Positions 12,401 through 24,400 of a DNA stretch of 64,000 nt are shown here, one piece after another. A program made the translations under genes and the position numbers. The stretch's first letter is position 1, and the number at the start of each line of letters is the position of its first letter. The notes beneath the pieces are model-generated. The model ran no database searches and was not told where the DNA came from. It saw only the letters and a program-made list of their open reading frames with translations. The stretch comes from Amphiscolops sp. MND2022 (taxonomy: Eukaryota), in assembly GCA_964187785.1 (NCBI GenBank), contig OZ076415.1:34286001-34350000 (forward strand). Direction: 5' to 3'.

Positions 12401-15400
12401 GGGGAACAGTACTGCCAGGATTTCAACCGGTCAATTAAGTCCGGACACCATTCTGACAGTCCAGGAAGGCGAAGACTGAGTTTTCAAGGTATCAACCAGT
12501 CAATGAAGACTGGACACAACCCTGAAGACAAAGGAAAGCGAGTAGAGATTTCAACCAAACAATCAAGTTTGGACACTGTCTCTACAACGGTTAACAAAGT
12601 ATGGGGGGCGGTGTTCACTGAGAGGTGTTCGGGGAAGCCCTTTTTGCAGCGTTGCGGGCACGCTTGCTAGGCCTCTTTGGACGGCTCTTGTCGGCGATGG
12701 CGGATAGTTGGTTTTCTTTCCGTAGGATGAAGTCGAGACTTTTCAGTCCAAGTTCAGGACTCTGGTGTAAAGCCTTATATTTTTTCAGAAACTCCGGATC
12801 CTTTTGTTTTTTTTCGACGAAATGAAATCCTCCACGATGCTGAATACTTCAATGTTATGATCGGTTTTCAAAACATTCAAATCCTCAAAAATGTTCGGCG
12901 TTCGATGTCGTTGGCAATAAACCAGAGCACTGAGCTTGTTCTGAAGGCCTTTCAGGACATCAATCAATTGCGGCACAGTTAAAGCTTGGAAATTATTGCT
13001 TTCATGTCGAGAAATGCTGTTATTTAAAACATCATGCCATATAACAATGGTATTTTTCACTTTCAGGTCTTTGGAAAGCAAACTCTGAACAATTTTTCTC
13101 GGATTTTTGGTGTTTTTGTTCAGACTCAGGCCCGGGATTGAAAAAATTTTTTCTTTATATTGCTCTTTTTTTTCGGGGGTTAACATTTCTAAAGCAAAAA
13201 CACACACACATGGTTTTCATATTAGCAGCCAGTTCGCTAGATCATGCTTTAGAAATGTTAACCCCCGAAAAAAAGCGAACTGGCTGCTAATATGAAAACC
13301 ATGTGTGTGTGTTTTTTTCACAACCTTAGGATATCCGAGATACAGTTTTTTAGAACTTTTTTAGCTACACTGATCACCAAAACTTTTACCCAGATCAAAA
13401 GTGTATTGAATTTTCGACCATGAAGGTTGTTCCAGTGGTATTTGGATTAGGACAGTTTTTTTTCAAGTTGGAATTTTTCTCGCTTATTTTTTTTCAGGAG
13501 ATGTTATTTGAATATTTCCGAATCAAAAGTCAAATCTGTTGGAAAATGGCAAGGTCGGGTTATAAGTCAGTTATGATTTGCTATCTCGAGAATTATAACA
13601 GTAATTAAGCACCTAACAAATCTTCCCAGAGTTATTTAGTACTCACGAAGTTTTTCATTACTCTGGGTTTTGCAAAACTTCAAGAATTCGCAATTTACTG
13701 GAACTGGGTAGAAGGATTAGGGAAGCCATTCTGTCCTTCTGCATGAATAGGGCCAACGTTATTGACAATTGCTGAATTTGAGTCGTCACTCTCGTGTTCA
13801 TCAACGTGAGTTGTGTCATCTTCGTCACCAGTCGCGTGAATTACTTGAATCGTAATTATATCAGTCTGCAAACTGCTGCCCAAGTATTTCTCCGTGGTAC
13901 ATCCCTTTCACATGTCTCCAGATTTAATCACATTTTCCCCAGCAGCCTTGTTTGTTCACAACGTTGTCAATTTTTTGCCTCAATTGTTTCCAATTGTTTT
14001 TTCAAAATTCTTTCAGCTAATTCGCTCGTTCGAAGCAGAAACAGAATATTCCTTGAGCAGCTTTTAGAGTATCAAGTCCACGCTTCCACAGTGTTATGCG
14101 AGAGTAGGAAGAAGAAAGTAACGGGGATAAAGAAACAATTAGACGTTCACTGCCTCTCTATGGCCACCATAAAAGAATGTATAATCCTCGGAGACTATAA
14201 TTCGTTTTGAAAAAGGAAAGAATCCAATACTCTTATTCCAAATGTATTATCGGCCCACAATGATGAAACAGTTAATCTGTACAAAATGACAAAACTGACA
14301 AATGAGCATTAGTTGTTGACAAATATTAATAAACATAATTTCGAGATAGCAAATGAGTAATGAATAGAAAAACATATTTTTTCTATTTTTGTAAGTACCA
14401 AATATTTTCAGTTACCGGGATTCGAACCCGCGATCTACGGCTTTAGAATCAAGCGCACTAACCGTTCGGCTATAGCGCCCCTGATTGGCTAATTTTTATT
14501 TGCTATATAACAGGTAACGCATTTAAACCAGAGAATTCGTGACAATCTTTGACCTATTTTAATTGATTGATTTTTTGTTTATAACTGTGGTTATACATTT
14601 GTAAGTCCTTCTTTTGAGTGGCTTTTCATTCTGACAAATTAATTTACTTCTTAAAAAATTTTAACTCACTTGCAACTGCGTATTCGCCCTATCCACGATT
14701 TCAAAGAAAAAAGTACTTTTTTATATTTTGTTCTTTCGTAAGTTCAATTTAGTTTCCAAGGGGTTTCAAACTTTATGTTTAGAAAATTTGATTAAAAAAG
14801 TTTCATTCTGGATAAAAAGCAAATTCCCAGGCACTTTTGAGTACCAACTGAACTTTGAATCATTTGTCTGTAGGAGATCGTTGTTGATCATCCTGAATCA
14901 TCTGTTACCAAACTGAGTACTAGAGACGAGTCTGTTAGTGAATACGAAACCTGGGAGAGCGCCACTGCGACACACGACACATCTCAAGAGTCAACTTCGA
15001 AGGTAGTAATTTTCTTTTTTTTCAACATTTCAAGTAAATTGTGCATGATCATGCTTCACTCATGAAAATATGACAGAATGCGTGGCAAAAATTAGGCATT
15101 CATAAGTAGCTGCTGTCAAATCCCCGGATCCGAATTAATGGTGCTTTCATGTAATTCCATACATGGCCCCATGTGATCAACGCAGTTCCTTCACTGCACG
15201 GAACAAAGCCATATAATTCCCGTACTATTCTATACATGAAACCATTTGGTTCCATCTATAGAATCGCACAAAATTTCATGCCGCATCCGGGTCTTTACAA
15301 AGCGTGGTTGTAGCGTACGTACCAGAATCGCAGTAATCCTTACGGCCACGCTCAGTCTAGTTGTAAACTTACCTATAGGTAAGTTTACAACTAGACTGAG

Positions 15401-18400
15401 CGTGGCCGTAAGGATTACTGCGATTCTGGTACGTACGCTACAACCACGCTTTGTATACATTTTTGCGTCTGGCAACTGAACCCAAGTAATGTTATCTCAC
15501 TCAACGTTAGATTTGTTTTTGAGACAATGGCAGGTATCATTGGCGAATGTTTTTCAAGTTTAATATTTTGGTGATCACTTTTTGTAAGTAACGTGTTTAG
15601 GATTCAAAAATATTCACAATCGATGCAAGTATTTACGTTGTTTTTAGGTGCTTACTGAGAAACATGACGATACACTAGAATCTGTGGGCGAGAGCAGGGA
15701 AGTTGCTGTTATCGATTTCACATTGGAAGATGAAGTGAAGCCCCAAAATGTGTCAGATGAAATCGAGTCATCATCCGTGAGTTGCGATTTCATTGAATCT
15801 AACCTAAAAAACTTCTTATGAAACAAATATCATTTGAATTGTTTGAAACCCAAGAAAAAATGTTTTTCGATGTCTATATTTTAAATTTTTTGAGGTGTGG
15901 AATCATATATGGTCAGCTTGGAACCATGTATGGCTCATAAAATGATCAGTTTTATGCTTCCGGGGTTGCCTTAACATGCAATTTATATGGCTTTTCTCTG
16001 ATTAGCCTGGAATCCAACTGCTTAATTTAGCAGACTATGATTTGTCAGCCTGTGTTTAGCTGAGAGGGAAGCCCAGTTAATATTTATATTTATTGCGTTT
16101 TAATTGGGGTTTTTTTCTATTTCATCAAAGGTTTACTGAAAGATTTTTTTTACAATGTACACATCAATGTATATGTCAGAGTAGGGATGCTTATTCCTAT
16201 ACATCTCCAAAACCTGATTAAGAACAGTAACAAGACGGGAACGGCCCAAGTTGGTACCCGTCTGTTCAAAAAGATCACAGTGTTTGAAATATTCGGTGCC
16301 AAAAAAACACGGATGGGTACCCTGGAGACTCGAACACAGCTTTTTATGAACCGGAAACTTCAGAAAAACCAGAATAATAAAAAATATATATTTTTTCATT
16401 TTTGCTGTCAAGCAAAGTCTCAGAGTTCCGAAAACACAAGAGAAGACCCTCTGAAATTGCAAAACGCTTTTGCTTCGTAAGCGCCGACTAAAAATGACTA
16501 CCACAACGAAAAGACATGAACTCCAAAATGATGATCCTCAATTGAGACAATCGGTGAGTTTTACAGTTTTTACAGTTTTTACAGTTTTTTCATTTTTAAA
16601 TACTGAAATAATTTCAGGAAGTTGCTGAAAGCAAAGATGATACATCCGAGTCAGCGAGTGATTCGAGATCAAATCAAATTTACATCGTCAACCAATCAGC
16701 ATCTGAGGTGAGTTTTCTGAGACTGAATCAACGGATACCCAATGAGACTCTATCATACAGACTTACCAGTTAAAACTGCTACTTTTGAATACCCTGCAGA
16801 AAAATTTAATTACTCAAGCGAATAGCAGTTTTTGATAACATCAAATGATTGAACTTTCCAATCAGTTTTTTCCTCTTTTTATATACAATTTTCTGTTTTC
16901 AAGGCGGTGTCCGAAAGCCATGATGATACTTTCGAAGCCGTTGCTGATGCCAAGGAAGCCACAGCTTTGGATTCATCATTTGAAGAAACAATCATGCCCC
17001 AGGTGAAGGCACCAGTTGAACAAGCCTCAGTGGATTTGCTGCCGCTTGATGATTTCTCACCCGAAAACGATCTACCCGAATTCATACCCAATCATATTCC
17101 AGAAGTAAGAGCTGATATTTCCTTGAACGTTTTTGACAATGGGCTGCGTTTCGCAAGGATCCTGCAAAATACTTGCAAGTTAGGTACCAGACTCAGGGTT
17201 ATCCCAGTTAGTGTTATCTTAATGCACAAAAATTAGAGCTGACGTACAGAAATTAGCAAACATAGTGTACTGAGTGCAACAAAAAGTTTCATTTGCTTAA
17301 TTTTTAGAACAAACATTCACCATGAAGCAGTTGGCATGTTTTCAAACTCATTTACTTAGATAAAAATGATTCTTTTAGTATGCTCTGGGAAGCCCTACCG
17401 CGTCGCAGCGGCCTAGGCCAGACATAACAGACACAGAAATGGAAGTTTTGTCTGAAGATGAGGTGTTTATTGGCTCAAAGGGTGCTCAACCTGTTACTGA
17501 GGAAAAAGAAACTTCCATTGCTTTATCTCAGGTATCTTAATACAAGTTTTAGTTTTTAAAATTAAACATTCATTCGTTCAGGCATTTTTAAATCTTTGGT
17601 TTCTCGAAGATGAACAATTTGAAAATAAATGTGAATGAAATGTTTTTTTTAGCTGGAAACTTCTTCTTATGTCACTGCAACCAAAGACACTGATGGAAAA
17701 TCAAGTAGCTTGGATGATTCTGCGTCTACTCTTGAAGAAGTGCAAAAAGTAGAGCCGTTACAAAGCGCGCCTTTCGAAATAATGTTGGATGAACCAATTA
17801 CTATCATGGACAAGACTGATGTGACGTCAGATTCTTCAAATCGTGAACAACTTGAGCAGGAAGCTCAGACGACTGTTGACAATGAAACATTACGTCATTC
17901 GGTTAACCGGATCACGAAACCACCTGCAGAGTTCGACAAAGGATCCGAGTCAGAATCCGAAGCATCATCGTCTGAGGATGACCCAGCATCGGTAATTTGG
18001 CTTAAATTTTAATTCAAATTTTTGAATCTTGATTCACAATATGCATTGAAATCACCCGAAGTTCTGCAAGTGTTCATGAAATGTCTCTATGAATAATACA
18101 TGCGTGCCCACTAAAGTTTTCTTCGCATATGCTAACGTTTTGGAGTTTCTTTGGCGAAAAATTCTTCATCGGAAAATTAAAAAGATTCTGAGCAGGTTTC
18201 CTTTAGTTTTTGTTTTTTTCCACCCATAATAAAAATCAGAAACGATAAATTTTTTCTCTATGGAAAATATTACAAATCTGTACCAAAAACATAAGTGCTT
18301 CCACAGAATTCAACGGGGAAAATAAAGTTCATAGCATATGTAGTTGTTGAGTTGTTTGATTTTTTTTGTATATGAAGAAAAGTACCAGAACGTCCTTAAA

Positions 18401-21400
18401 ATAATGAATGTCCTTTTTGAAGTATCCTATTCGAAGACGACATGCTAGCGAAATTTTCAAACTTCATTTCAAATCTTACAAAAGTGAACCACAATTTTAC
18501 TACTTGAAACGTTTGCTTTTGCGGAACTCAGAAGTTTCTTTTTTTTACTTTGGTAATTTTTTACGTTTGCAAAGTTTTTAACGATCTTAAAATTCCTCTA
18601 ATCGAGCGTTTTTGCAAAAAGCGGTATCCCTAGCTGAAATTATTTGCGCTTTATACGTTTTTATGAGTTGCCAAGCACATTTTTCAAAACCCTATGAAAC
18701 TCTGAAGGTAAGTTTCATGCTCCAATATGCCTTGTAGTATTGGATACTTATCGAGGCTTACAATTCATACAGCCGATCCTAAAATTGGTAGCAACTCTTT
18801 GCAGTTAAGAGTCCTCTTCCGGAGCTTTTAGCACTTTCTGAGGCGTTATCTATTTTATCGCCAATCTAATTCGAAGCATCTTCAGTCAGTTCGGAAGTTG
18901 CAATTTGTGGAATTTTTAGATTTTGGCGTTTTCATGAAAATCCCATCCATTTTGTTACTGCTTATTTGACAAAACCTGGTGTTTACCTAGTAGACAAAAC
19001 ATAAATACAGGCCATGAATCGACGCCAGCCATGTAAATGTTAGAATCGGTCAAAGTTAAGTCGATCCCTTAGAGCCAAGTTTACTAAGTTTACTTTTTGA
19101 GCGAAAGTATTCTTAAATACTAAACTGGACATCCAATTATCATAAAACAGGAAACACCCCAAATGGGTTTTCTAGGACACTAATACATGTGGAGACACAA
19201 AATTTGGCACACGGGTACATGCCTAGTTGAGCTACTTGTTGATAAACCGGTTCCGGCTTTTTAGCACTGGAAGTGCACTAGGTCGATCCCCCAATGAAAA
19301 ACCCTCAATGTCATGTAAATCGTCGCCAGTTGACCCTACGCTCGTGAAACTTGTCCAAGATACTCACATACCAACCTTGAGTGAAGACATTAAAGGTACA
19401 TAAATCTGTCCATTGCGTGAGGAATATTGTTTTTTAGGTTACTCCGGACCGGAAACGTGGGCCCTGTAGAAAAAAGGCATTTGACATTAGCTTGTAATAT
19501 CTCAACCGAAACTTAAACACGAATATAGTCGATTGCTAGCTCGAATGGAACTCCCCATCCAGGGGTTACCGCGATGAAGAAATAAACTGTACGCAAATCA
19601 TGTAACTCAGAGACCATCAACCATAGGACTTTTTAAAACAGTTTGTAGGAACGTTAGATGACACGGAGAAGCTTCAATGTGACAGGCCAGCCTCAATTTT
19701 TTCTCATTGGGAGACATCTGAAAGTATGGCAAATGTACGATAAAAGGTGGAAAACAGCAAAATTTGGGTGATAAATTATGCATTTAAATTAGACGAGAGC
19801 ATTCGCGATGAACTGCACTCAAATGACAGAGAAGTACCCCAAGGGTAGGGAACTTTCAAACCATGTAAGTGAAGGTTTTTGAGTTATCCTCTCTATTTCG
19901 GTAATATCTTTGAAGACTTGAATGGTCATGGAAATTGAACATCAGACAAGTTATTGCCTGCCAAAGGACGATATGTAAACATGTATGTTGGTAAAAACAT
20001 TCAATCTCGAGATGCCGACGCCCAAAAAAGTGAATGCCAATTATGACAAAATGCGAGTGTGAGATCACCAGAAACACTTGCCATGAACAATTATACATGA
20101 GGAGGACTTGGAACCTACCTAACTGGCGCGTTAGAGAGCTAGGAGCAAGTTGAGTTTAGCGGAGGCAAGAGACGTGTTTGAGGTTAGACTCGCGGTTCTC
20201 AAGAGTGACGCTAGAGTCTGAGACTCTCTCTAGGAATAGGGAAGCATTAGAGCTATTTCGTTGCTCGCGGATCTAGAGTATTGGGATTGTGCAAGCGACT
20301 GTGTGTGGAACTAAATCTTAGCCAATTTTGTTGTAGTTATATAGCTGATTGGATTATTCTCAAAAGATTGAACTATAGTATTGCGCTTTCAATTTTTGTA
20401 CTCAATCGCATTTAACCGGAGAGTGTTTTGGAGAAAAATCTAGCAGAGGTAAAAATTAATGTTAAAGCCCATTCCACCAAATAAAACTATTCTGTTAAGG
20501 TTAGAATCTTAGGATAATCTCTCCACACCCGATATCTAAACACTTTACACCATTTAGCTTCACTTTCATCGTGAAATTCATTCAACTGTTATTGTATGAG
20601 TTGGTACCAAACATAAAGTGTGAAAACAAAGTGTTCCCGTTGGTAACGAAATGTAAATATTTCTAATTCAAGGTAAATTTACCTAACCTTAAAAATATGT
20701 ATACACTCACTTAAATGAATGAAGAACGAAAATAGGCCCAATTTCATACAAAGATGACAATGATAAGGATTTTTCCAGCAGTTCTGCTTTGGGATATTAC
20801 AAACATATATGGAAAGTCATTATGATTGTTAGCTTTCTATGAAGCTGGACCTGTATTTGTTTTTCACCCAAAAGTATTATTTGTCAAATGCATAAATTTT
20901 TCGAGAAAAATATCATCTGTGAACTGTTATACACTAATCAGGTCTTTTCTATCGGAAAATTGTGCTTGAGTTTGTATTGATGATAGTTTCACTTTGCAGG
21001 AAGCTGTCGAAAGCGAAGATGAATCATCTGCATCAAAAAGTGACCCGAATCAAATCTATGTCATCAACAAATCAGCGTCTCAGGTAATATTTTGCAAGGA
21101 CACTCAGGTTTAGTGTATTGTTATTTGGACTCTAAAACAAAAACTTTTCGTTCAATAGTTGCAATTTTTGATTTAAATTTCACCTCAAAAACATTTTGAA
21201 ATCGTCCGACTGGAAAACGTCTTTTTTTCAACGCATTTTTTTCTAGTTTCAAAACCAAAAGCAGACCTTGTGTTTGTTTGAGAAGATCGCTGAAACTGAC
21301 AAAGTGTCAAGTGCTTTGGAATCCTTTGATAGTTATCACTAATTGAACTCTTAATTCTAGGTTGAGGTTGTGTCAGAAAATCACGATGACACTATTGAGT

Positions 21401-24400
21401 CCATCAGTGAGGTCATAGAAGTTTCCGCAGCGGACTCAACTTTTGAAGCACAAATTCTGCCTGAAAAGCGACTTCCAGTCGAGCAAGTCACGGTAGACAT
21501 GCTACCATTAGACGGTTTCTCATCAGAAGATGATCTACCTGAGTTCATTCCCAATCATCGACCGGAAGTGAGGTTCTTTCAGAGATATTGAACATAAACC
21601 AGCTTGAAATTTCGTTATCTTATAACTGAAATTTACTGAAATTACTGAAATTATTCTAATTATGTTGTTTGCCCTCTTAGGCGCAAGTGTTAGGCTAAGC
21701 ATGGAAGTTTTCAAAAAAGCAAGCTTGACGTCAATGAGTATTTTTTAAAGTTATCTTTCCTTGAAAATATTTTTGGCATCAACCATTCTTGCCATATTTT
21801 AAATTCAACACGCTGGTACTGTTTCAGTATGCTATCGGGAGTCCTACACTGATCCGTTCCTCAAATTTTGAGAAAGAATTTTCGGGAATGGAAGTTTTGT
21901 CAGAAGATGAAATGATGATTGGTCTGAAAAGCCAACCTGTGACCATCGAGGAAAGACAACGAACAGAAACGCCATCACAAGTTAGATTATCCTTGACATT
22001 CCAATTTCCAACGGAGCTCATTTTTCCAAAATCCAATCAATTTTCCGTTGGCTTTCACGAACAACATCGTTATTAATCAAAGATATTGAAAATAACATCT
22101 ATGATTATGTTCAGTCAGATCTAAAGAATTTTAGTAAGTTTTTGAAGTTGCAAACAAGCGGTCTGGGGCTTTTTTTGAAAATTGTAACTCTTTTCATGAT
22201 AGCTTTTAATTGAAAGTTTTTGGGAGTTCATTGATGGTTTTTGAAAGCAACGGAGATGAATTAAAAGGTTGAAAAAGTCCGAAAAAAAATTGGTTCTACT
22301 ACAAATTACAATCCAGACAAATTTTTGTACTTCAGTGGGAAACAGCGTCCGAGGATTCAACATTAGAGACCCGAGACGCCTCGAGTGTGTTGAATGAATC
22401 ATCTTCCACAGCTCGAGAGGGGGTTGAAGAAGAAGTTGAATTACTTACAGAACAACCTGGTGACCTCATAGCATTGGAGAGTCTACCATTTGAAACTACA
22501 AATGACGTAACTGTTTCTGCTCAAAGCGAGAATGCCGAAACTTCAGATTCATCAGACGAACTTGAAACTGCCAGTGAAGATATGACATCACACGATGAAA
22601 GCGAGAATGTAATCAAAGCTCCGGTTGAGCTGGACAAAACTGCTGAATCGAAAACAGAGCTTTCCTCAGATGATGAATCTTCATCTGTAAGTTTTACTAT
22701 TTTTTTTTCATTTTAACGTTTTAGTTTCGATTCAGAGAAAAATTTGAAGTTTTCAGTGTCTTCAGATGCGAATTTTCAAGTACAATGTTTGTTTTTTTTT
22801 TTCAGTCGACCAGTGATGATCATACTATGAACGAAGCTCCAAAATCTCATGAGTCATCCCTCAACCGATCATCCAGCAGCGCTGATGACGACCTCAAATT
22901 CGAAGTGCGCTCACCTCCGCCTCAGTTCGCAGACTTTGAGGCCTTAGGAAACTTACAAGAATCTGTCAAAGACGAGAGCCAATTCGTTTTTGTTCCGAAC
23001 AGAATAGCAGACTGGGGTAAATCAGAAGATGAAGAAACCTCGGAGCGAATGCGGAAAACTTCCTCAGATCTTGACCTTGCCAGTGAGGATGAAGTTTCTG
23101 TGCGATTAAGGAAACCTCAGGAAGTTCCTGCTGAAGAGACTGAACAGTCTTCTGAAGTCAATCAGCTTGACGAAAGCCAGAACACAGAAGCAGTGAGTAT
23201 TCACATTGAATGAAAAATGAAAATTAAAAACATGCAGTCTATATTATTAAACGTAAGTTTTCGAAAATTTTTCTTATGATCATAGTTCAACTCAATGTAC
23301 AATAGACATCAAGTGGTAAACAGATTTGTATCAATCGTAATGTTTTAGTCGGTGGATGCTGAATCATCCCACCACAGCCCTTCAGAATCAGAAATGTCTT
23401 CAAAGGACCTGAACAAGTCATCAGAGACAATCGAGGAAGCAATTGACATTGAGATACGCCAGCCTACCCAGACATTTCTGGACCTTGAAAACCTACAGAA
23501 CTTACCAGAAGCGTCATCATTAGATCTGCCACTGTTTACACCGAACAAACGAGACTTTTCGGGTTCAGAAGCTTCGATAGTTGGTAACAAAGAGTTTGCA
23601 AATAACTCCGATTTGAAATCAGCCAGTGAAGATGAAATTGCTGTTTCAAAGAAAGGCGAAATGATTGAAGAGAAAGCTACTGTAGCTGAAATAGAAAATA
23701 GGACGTCTCTTGAAACTGCGCCTCCAGAGATCAGTTTAACGAGAACAGAAGTAAGTTTTTTCTCAAAAAATAAGCAACAAAGCAACAACTTAGGACATTT
23801 TTCACAGTTAAGGTCTTGTGAGGACCAAAAACGACACTTTCACATCTTTTCTAGGATCAGAGCCAAGATGATGAAGTTAAGATGGATACCTCGGAGGCTA
23901 ATCTCTTTTCGTACGAGACGGTGACATCAACTGAATATGAAACAGTAGAAAGCACATTCGAAGAGATATCTGAAGCATTAACGTCGAAGGCAAGCACTGA
24001 GGTAAGACCATTAAAAAATCAAGTTATCCTTCTCCCTTTTCAAAATTTACAGACCTTGTTTGTGGCCAATTGCAATCAAACTATAGCGTTAATTTTTAGT
24101 GGGCGCTTCACAAAGCGAAACACGACTTTAATAGTTGCTTATTTCAATTCTCGCGAACTGACCAAAATTGTTCTACGAAACTTTAAGGTGTAAAATTATA
24201 CCATTTGGCACAGTGAACTGAACTATAAAAGCCGTTCCGTTTTTGAAGCGTAACTTACAATACCGCAACACCGGTCCAGACTATAGGATCCCCCTTTCGA
24301 TTTTGTTCGGTATGTTAGGACTTTTTTTGAAACTTTCTGTCTGCAAAGGGCCCACCTTCATTTTTTTTGATATTTTGCAACAAAATGGATGTAAAAAAAT

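Larger units (their letters stand above)
6556..14512 (-). mobile_element. BEL/Pao LTR retrotransposon E1 (7,957 bp; intronic, antisense to host gene; coding region disrupted)
   Basis: Two LTRs about 98% identical, PBS, PPT, gag-pro-RT-RNaseH-integrase order with Pao hallmarks (WPFQ-like region, KARVAP, LELQ, TGVDYFGP, RPVVKLCP); 5-bp TSD GGTAT/GGTAA with one mismatch. Confidence 0.92.

Noticed and set aside
12190-12576. CRISPR array
   Set aside because: Repeats vary in sequence, spacing is irregular (234, 69, 59 bp), no cas genes, and the context is a eukaryotic retrotransposon leader
14411-14479. Functional tRNA genes in the LTRs (also 6798-6866, 49815-49883) or at 3660-3730
   Set aside because: A and B boxes are present but acceptor, D and anticodon stems do not pair, so these are tRNA-derived cassettes and not tRNAs
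6564-14512. E1 boundary at TGTATAA (6564/14178) giving canonical TG...CA LTRs
   Set aside because: No TSD at that boundary and homology continues 8 nt further to the PBS; kept only as a less likely alternative
15230-15479. Two ORFs on opposite strands with the same peptide
   Set aside because: Artefact of the perfect palindrome
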